Below, piece by piece: positions 6,740 through 11,529 of a DNA stretch of 11,529 nucleotides. Source of the stretch: Chthonomonadales bacterium (GTDB lineage Bacteria > Armatimonadota > Chthonomonadetes > Chthonomonadales > Chthonomonadaceae); assembly GCA_038217285.1 (NCBI GenBank), contig JBBQPO010000202.1, positions 1 through 11,529 on the forward strand, in the 5' to 3' direction. A program made the translations under genes and the position numbers. Every line of letters starts with the position of its first letter. The stretch's first letter is position 1. The notes beneath the pieces were generated by a model. The model saw nothing but the letters and a program-made list of their open reading frames with translations, did not search any database and was not told the DNA's origin.

Positions 6740-7494
6740 CGATTTACTCTCTTTCCGGTGGTCTTACGTGCGACCACTTCCGCAACCATTACTTTTGGGT
6801 CTGTGGTTCTGGCGTTGCGCAATGCGCGAAGCAAGACCACCTCGCCAAACCCGGCGGCCCGAAACTCCTCAAGGAAAGCCCCGCTCTCCTTTGCGCCGGC
6901 AATTCAAGTGAACCAGTCAGCCGCGCTGTTTTGGCTTTCCGCAGGCAAGGGGCCGGTCAAGACAAGCTCCGCCGCATAGACAGATCCCCCTGTTTTGAGA
7001 ACGCGCGACAACTCAGAAAATATCTGCTCCCGGTAGGGATTCAGGTTGAAAATGCCGTTGATGAGGGCGACATCAATACTCGCGTCTTTGATCGGCAACT
7101 GTTCCGCGTCTGTTAGATATACGTTGACATTCGCAGCCCGCATCTCGGCTGCGGCCAGTCGGGCGCGGCCCGCCATCTCCGCACTAAAATCGATGGCGAT
7201 CACCTTGCCCTGCTCTCCGGTGCGTCTGGCCGCAATGAGCGTGTCCAGACCTGCCCCTGCGCCCAGGTCAAGAACGGTCGCTCCTGCCGGTATCCTGGCA
7301 AAGAGACTCACATTCGAGATACCGCAAAATCCTTCTACCGATGTGGCTGGGATCGTATCGAGCAAAGTAGACGGATAGCCTAAATCCTCCGCCAGGGCCC
7401 GTCCGGTGGGAAAAGGCAAATGGCGCGCGGTCTGCTGTGCGATCGAGGAATAGACATCTCTTACTCCGTCGCGGAGTGCGGTTGTGCCGTTCAT
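6736..7494 (-). CDS. ArsM-like class I SAM methyltransferase, probable selenoprotein (Sec at codon 197, TGA 6906..6904), 252 aa
   Basis: ATG 7494 with AGGAAGG RBS. Motifs FPTGRALAEDLGY, VLDLGAGAGLD, IDFSAEM, INGIFNL and VLKTGG. After DWFT-TGA the frame continues IAGAKESGAFLEEFRAAGFGEVVLLRALRNARTTDPKVMVAEVVARKTTGKRVNR*, homologous to the ArsM segment GCVAGALEVNDYLARLARAGF. The terminal TGA overlaps the GH127 ATG (ATGA). Confidence 0.88.
6871..6891 (-). promoter_or_regulatory. Candidate bacterial SECIS element of the methyltransferase
   Basis: The mRNA hairpin AAGGAGAGC-GGG-GCUUUCCUU (9 bp, one G-U) begins after 12 nt 3' of the UGA. The G-containing apical loop is at +22..24. Confidence 0.72.
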
Positions 7495-7565
7495 AAAAAA
7501 CCTTCCTGGCTCTGTCTTGAAGGAAGGATACCGGGCCAGGGTGAATAAAGCAAATACAGATTTAT

Positions 7566-7580
7566 TTATACAGCCTATAA
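7566..7580. promoter_or_regulatory. Candidate LysR binding box (T-N11-A)
   Basis: TTATA-CAGCC-TATAA dyad in the AT-rich 96-bp gap between the divergent methyltransferase and lysR genes. Confidence 0.5.
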
Positions 7581-7590
7581 GGAAAATATT

Positions 7591-8508
7591 ATGACAGAGA
7601 AATACAACCTTTACCCGCTTCATATCTTTCAGCTCGTGGCACGGCATAGCAGCGTCACCGGCGCTGCACAGGAGCTCTGCATCAGTCAACCTGCTGTCTC
7701 GTCTCACCTTAAAGCGCTGGAAGCCAGATACAAAGAGGCGCTTTTTGAGCGGACGCCGCGCGGTATGCTGCTCACGCCTGCCGGTGCGGCGGTCGCCGAG
7801 CACGCGAGCCGCATCTTTGCGCTCCTGGAAGAGATGGAAGCAGTGGTGAACGCCACACGCGGAGAGGTCAAGGGGATTGTGACCATGGCCGCCTCCAGTA
7901 CTCCTGGCGCCTACCTTGTTCCCCGGCTCCTGCGACGCTTTCAGGACCGCTATCCCGACGTGCAAGCGACACTCCTCGTCGGAGACAGCAGGGAGGTGCT
8001 TTCCTGGCTGCGAGATTACCATGCAGCGCTCGGTGTCGTCGGCGAAACGGACATGGAAGACGGACTGATCCGGGAGGAGATCGCGCAGGATGAACTGCGA
8101 CTCATGACAGCGGCGACGGACGATCTGTGTCGGAGGGAAGAGATCAAGGCGGAGCATCTTTACGGGCGTACGCTGTTCCTGCGGGAACCCGGCTCCAGTA
8201 CACGTGCCGGGGCGCAAACGCTCCTGTATGATTGGCAGAAAGACTTTGCACGGATCGTCGAACAGCACAGCATAGAAGCCATCAAGCAACAGGTCATCGC
8301 CGGGCTAGGCGTTGCCGTTCTCTCCTCCTGGGCTACCGAACTTGAAGAAAAGGCGGGTCTGCTCTGCCCTGTCCGGGATACCCGGTTTTGGCAGAGGCGT
8401 AAGTTTTACCTGGTGCGCCGCGCGGATCGCCCACTCCTCGGCGGAGCGGCGGCGCTCTGGGACTGTCTGGCCTCCTGCCCGCGTACATCCGGTGGTAGCC
8501 CTCCCTAG
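7591..8508 (+). CDS. LysR family transcriptional regulator (CysL/YeiE-like)
   Basis: HTH SVTGAAQELCISQPAVSSHLKALE...LFER...LTPAG. The effector domain has ASSTPGAYLVP, GDS and REPGSSTR. RBS TAAGGA. Confidence 0.93.
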   Translation: MTEKYNLYPLHIFQLVARHSSVTGAAQELCISQPAVSSHLKALEARYKEALFERTPRGMLLTPAGAAVAEHASRIFALLEEMEAVVNATRGEVKGIVTMAASSTPGAYLVPRLLRRFQDRYPDVQATLLVGDSREVLSWLRDYHAALGVVGETDMEDGLIREEIAQDELRLMTAATDDLCRREEIKAEHLYGRTLFLREPGSSTRAGAQTLLYDWQKDFARIVEQHSIEAIKQQVIAGLGVAVLSSWATELEEKAGLLCPVRDTRFWQRRKFYLVRRADRPLLGGAAALWDCLASCPRTSGGSPP

Positions 8509-8682
8509 CCCCACATGCGACCACCCTCTCTAGCGGTGTACTGCTGCGCTCTTTATGACTTCCCTTCTCGGCTCTACACTCGCAGGAAGAATATCGAGTC
8601 AGCGCGAACTAAAGGATAGGCAGAGTTAGGAAGGCCCACTGGCAGAACTTCGACGTTAACGGCTGGATTGAGGAGACAAACT

Positions 8683-9144
8683 ATGAGCGAACTGGTGAGC
8701 ATCGTTTACAAGCCGCGCAAGGCAACGCCTACGGAGGACGGCTATACGCGGGTGCCCCGGCAGCAGGCGCTGCTGGTGGCCGACTACGGCATCGAAGGCG
8801 ACGCCAAAGGCGGCAGCCCGAAACGCCAGCTGAATGTGATGTCGGTTCGCGCGGTGCAGGAGTTGACCGCAGAAGGTTTTCAGGGAGCGCCCGGCCAGTT
8901 GGGGGAGCAGTTGATTGTGGCGGGTGTGGAGGTGGACACCCTACCACTTGGAACTCGATTATACATCGGCGAGCAGGCCTGTGTGGAGATTGTGGAGCCG
9001 CGCACCGGCTGCGGCAAGTTCGAGCGGTATCAGGGCAGATCGCCCCAGGAAGCAGCGGGACGCATGGGTATGATGGCCCGTGTAGTAATAGGCGGGGAGA
9101 TTGCGGTCGGCGATCCTGTGAGGGTCGCAGACAGCGTCCGATGA
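8683..9144 (+). CDS. MOSC domain protein (YiiM-like), 153 aa
   Basis: GIEGD, RQLNVM, PGQLGEQL, PRTGCGK (conserved Cys) and ARVVIGGEIAVGD. GAGGAG RBS before ATG 8683. Confidence 0.88.
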   Translation: MSELVSIVYKPRKATPTEDGYTRVPRQQALLVADYGIEGDAKGGSPKRQLNVMSVRAVQELTAEGFQGAPGQLGEQLIVAGVEVDTLPLGTRLYIGEQACVEIVEPRTGCGKFERYQGRSPQEAAGRMGMMARVVIGGEIAVGDPVRVADSVR

Positions 9145-9174
9145 CCCCCTTACCCCAAAAAGGGCTGCGGAGTT

Positions 9175-9903
9175 TCACTCCATGTGGAAGGAGACGATTC
9201 CTTCGGTGGTGGTGAGCAGCAAATTGAACTTTTGCCTGTCGAAGGTGCGCGGGAGCTGCACCCGCAGGCGCATCAGACGGGTGGCTCCCATCGGACTTTT
9301 GTGGAGAGAGCCGTCTCCGGGAGAGCTGTTGATTCCATAGACGACGAAACCCTGCGAACAGAGCAGTTCCAGGATACGGGCCACGGTTTCGCTGGACTCA
9401 TGCACTTCGATATCGATATTCTGGACCGGCTGCACAATTTTCAGGACGTATTCCAGGCGCTGCACCAGGGTCAGGGTGACCAGTACGATACCGGTCGTCA
9501 GGATCGCGAGTTCGCCGAGGCGCGGGCTGGCTCCGAGGGTGATTCCGATGGCGGCCGTCGCCCAGATGCTGGCGGCGGAGGTCAGGCCGCGCACGGTGAC
9601 GCCGTCGCGCAGAATGGCTCCCGCCCCCAGAAATCCGATCCCGGAGACGATCTGCGCCGCGATATGCCCCGGATCGCCCCGCATTCCGCCGCGCACCCCG
9701 AGGCCGATCTCCACAGAGGTTATCGTCAGGATTGTCGATCCGACGCAGACCAGGATGTGCGTTCGCAGCCCTGCCGGATTGCCGTGCCACTGCCGCTCCA
9801 GGCCGATGAGTCCGCCGAGCAGCACCGCCAGCAGCGTAACGACCCCTTGGCCTCCGAACGACGACGGATCTATACGATGCCCGAAAAACAGGTCGCTATC
9901 CAC
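9175..9903 (-). CDS. mgtC: MgtC/SapB family membrane protein, 242 aa
   Basis: LGGLIGLER, AGLRTHILV, DPGHIAAQIVSGIGFLGAGAI and GLTSAASIW motifs. GTG 9903 is preceded by GGAGGAGG at 5 nt. Confidence 0.92.
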   Translation of the reverse strand: MDSDLFFGHRIDPSSFGGQGVVTLLAVLLGGLIGLERQWHGNPAGLRTHILVCVGSTILTITSVEIGLGVRGGMRGDPGHIAAQIVSGIGFLGAGAILRDGVTVRGLTSAASIWATAAIGITLGASPRLGELAILTTGIVLVTLTLVQRLEYVLKIVQPVQNIDIEVHESSETVARILELLCSQGFVVYGINSSPGDGSLHKSPMGATRLMRLRVQLPRTFDRQKFNLLLTTTEGIVSFHME

Positions 9904-9923
9904 GCGCACCTCCTCCGACCGAC

Positions 9924-9953
9924 TTGACAGTCGCGGGTAACAGGCTATATACT
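9924..9953 (+). promoter_or_regulatory. Sigma70 promoter candidate for the DUF2252 gene
   Basis: TTGACA (9924..9929)-18 nt-TATACT (9948..9953). Confidence 0.6.
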
Positions 9954-9960
9954 ACCACCA

Positions 9961-9980
9961 TCTTAATATCTTCTTAATAT
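9961..9980. promoter_or_regulatory. Tandem direct repeat with 11-bp period, OmpR/PhoB-type binding site candidate
   Basis: TCTTAATAT-CT-TCTTAATAT between the divergent mgtC and DUF2252 genes. Confidence 0.55.
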
Positions 9981-10019
9981 TTTACCGCGCTTGTTTTTGT
10001 TTCGAAAGGATCTCTCTCC

Positions 10020-11099
10020 GTGAACATCCGCAAGGCCACCACGCTGTACGAGCAGTGGCTCGGCAGCTTTACTCCGTTGATCGCGCCGGACCTGGATTTC
10101 AAACATCAGCAGATGGCGACCGGGGCGTTCCCGTTCTTACGCTCCACCTTCTACCGCTGGATGCAGGTCTGGCCCGACGTCTGCCACGAGTTGGCGACCG
10201 CGCCGACCGTGCTCTCCGTCGGGGATCTGCATGTGGAGAACTTCGGTACCTGGCGCGACCGGGAGGGACGCCTGGTCTGGGGGGTGAACGACTTCGATGA
10301 GACGGCCCACCTGCCCTACACCAACGATCTGGTGCGCCTGACGACCAGCGCCCACCTGGCTATCGAGGCCAACCATCTCTGTGTGACGTGCGTGGCGGCG
10401 GGCGCGGCGATTCTCTCCGGTTACCGCGCCGGTCTGAAGGCGGGCGGGCGGCCCTTCGTTCTCGCGGAAGACCACACATGGCTGCGCAGCATTGCGACCA
10501 GCCACCTGCGGGATCCCGTCGCTTACTGGCAGAAGTTGAACGCCCTGCCGGACGTCAAACTCAATGTCCCGGAAACCGCCTCGAATGCGCTCGAGCACAT
10601 GCTGCCCATCGTGGGAATCCCGTATGTCGTGAAGTCACGCATCGCCGGGCTGGGCAGTCTGGGTCATCCGCGCTATGTGGCTCTCGGCGACTATCAGGGC
10701 GGCAGGTTTGCACGCGAAGCGAAGGCGCTGGTGCCCTCTTCCGCGGTCTGGGCGCGGGATACGATGGACGCACCGGAGATCTTCTATCAGACGATCATTG
10801 ATCGGGCTGTGCGCGCCATAGACCCCACTGTGCAGTTGCAGGGACACTGGATCGTGCGACGACTCGCTCCGGACTGCGCGCGAATCGAGTTGGCCTCGCT
10901 GCCAGAGGAGCGGGCGGAGACGCAACTGCTCTATGCCATGGGTTGGGAAACTGCCAATATCCATCTGGGCACGAAGGGCATCGCGAGAGAGGTGCTGCGG
11001 GATCTGCAGAAGCGCAAAGGCAAATGGCTGGATACGGCGGCGCAGGCGATGGCCAGGGCGACAACGGCGGACTGGGAAGCTTGGAAACGGCAGAAGTAG
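10020..11099 (+). CDS. DUF2252 family protein (kinase-like fold), 359 aa
   Basis: FPFLRSTF, VGDLHVENFG, NDFDE and AGLGSLG motifs. AAAGGA lies upstream of the GTG. Confidence 0.85.
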   Translation: MNIRKATTLYEQWLGSFTPLIAPDLDFKHQQMATGAFPFLRSTFYRWMQVWPDVCHELATAPTVLSVGDLHVENFGTWRDREGRLVWGVNDFDETAHLPYTNDLVRLTTSAHLAIEANHLCVTCVAAGAAILSGYRAGLKAGGRPFVLAEDHTWLRSIATSHLRDPVAYWQKLNALPDVKLNVPETASNALEHMLPIVGIPYVVKSRIAGLGSLGHPRYVALGDYQGGRFAREAKALVPSSAVWARDTMDAPEIFYQTIIDRAVRAIDPTVQLQGHWIVRRLAPDCARIELASLPEERAETQLLYAMGWETANIHLGTKGIAREVLRDLQKRKGKWLDTAAQAMARATTADWEAWKRQK

Positions 11100-11529
11100 C
11101 GGGAGGAGGAGGGCTGTTCTGCACTGGGTTGTTCTGCACGACGACCAGAGCGCGAACCCGCGTGACGGGCCGCGCGTCGCGGTTCACCGCCCGAATCTCC
11201 AGTACGTGCTCGCCCTCCTCCACATTGCGGGTATTCCACAGATAGACGAAGGGCGCGGTGTTCTGCGCGGCGATGAACTTGCCGTCCACCATATAGGTGA
11301 CGGCAGTGATGGGGTCGGGTTCCCCTTCCGGCACCTGTGCGCGTAAGGTGAGTGTCCCCGCGACGACCTTGCGTCCCGCGCTGCGGGCGCGGGCAAGCGC
11401 CCCGGCGGCATACTCCTTCTGCAAGGCAGTCACCTGCACGCGAACGGCTTCCTGGAGCGCGTCTTCGCGCTGCGCCTCCGTCTGTCCGACCTTCGCCGTC
11501 GGCAACGGCAGTCGGACATGGAACACAAA
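10795..11529 (-). CDS. 3' part of a protein with a C-terminal bacterial Ig-like domain (open at the right edge; true end uncertain)
   Basis: VTYMVDGKFIAAQNTAPFVYLWNTRNVEEGEHVLEIRAVN is an Ig-like (Big) domain pattern. The frame is open at 11529, and the first stop is at 10797..10795, inside the DUF2252 gene. Confidence 0.7.
   Translation of the reverse strand, partial: FVFHVRLPLPTAKVGQTEAQREDALQEAVRVQVTALQKEYAAGALARARSAGRKVVAGTLTLRAQVPEGEPDPITAVTYMVDGKFIAAQNTAPFVYLWNTRNVEEGEHVLEIRAVNRDARPVTRVRALVVVQNNPVQNSPPPPATSAVSKLPSPPLSPWPSPAPPYPAICLCASADPAAPLSRCPSCPDGYWQFPNPWHRAVASPPAPLAARPTRFARSPERVVARSSVPATAQWGLWRAQPDQ

Noticed and set aside
7495-8289. Long N-terminal extension of the 461-aa ORF 6904..8289
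   Set aside because: It is mostly antisense to lysR. The methyltransferase homology and the RBS start at ATG 7494.
8509-8682. Possible Moco riboswitch upstream of the MOSC gene
   Set aside because: Some pairing is possible (ACTCG/CGAGT, CCTTC/GAAGG), but I cannot recognise the motif consensus. An Rfam scan would be needed.
1-11529. Alternative genetic code (UGA = Trp or Gly) explaining the in-frame TGAs; also CRISPR, tRNA, rRNA or IS elements
   Set aside because: TGA serves as the normal stop for several genes here, and the two internal TGAs align with catalytic Cys positions. No arrays, RNA genes or transposases were seen.

Overview
GC-rich bacterial accessory region. The gene style is reminiscent of Armatimonadota, but that is an unverified impression. 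The main result is two genes that the ORF track splits or truncates at an in-frame TGA and that look like selenoproteins. (i) An exported TlpA/DipZ-like redoxin (93..665, minus strand) has FWTFG-UGA-INC, a UxxC active site. (ii) An ArsM-like SAM methyltransferase (6736..7494, minus strand) has DWFT-UGA-IAGA, with UGA at the last catalytic Cys position of ArsM. Both UGAs are followed by a SECIS-like hairpin. The Sec-type methyltransferase is divergent from a CysL/YeiE-like LysR gene and a MOSC gene, and overlaps a GH127 gene by ATGA. It lies about 3 kb from a canonical Cys-type ars operon (arsR-arsM-aquaporin-metallophosphoesterase), whose last gene carries an apparent microhomology-mediated internal deletion. 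Also present are TetR with a 16-bp perfect inverted-repeat operator, DUF1003, MgtC/SapB, DUF2252, a partial Ig-like-domain gene, and a 38-bp direct repeat bracketing the redoxin-TetR module. All calls come from reading the sequence; no searches were run.
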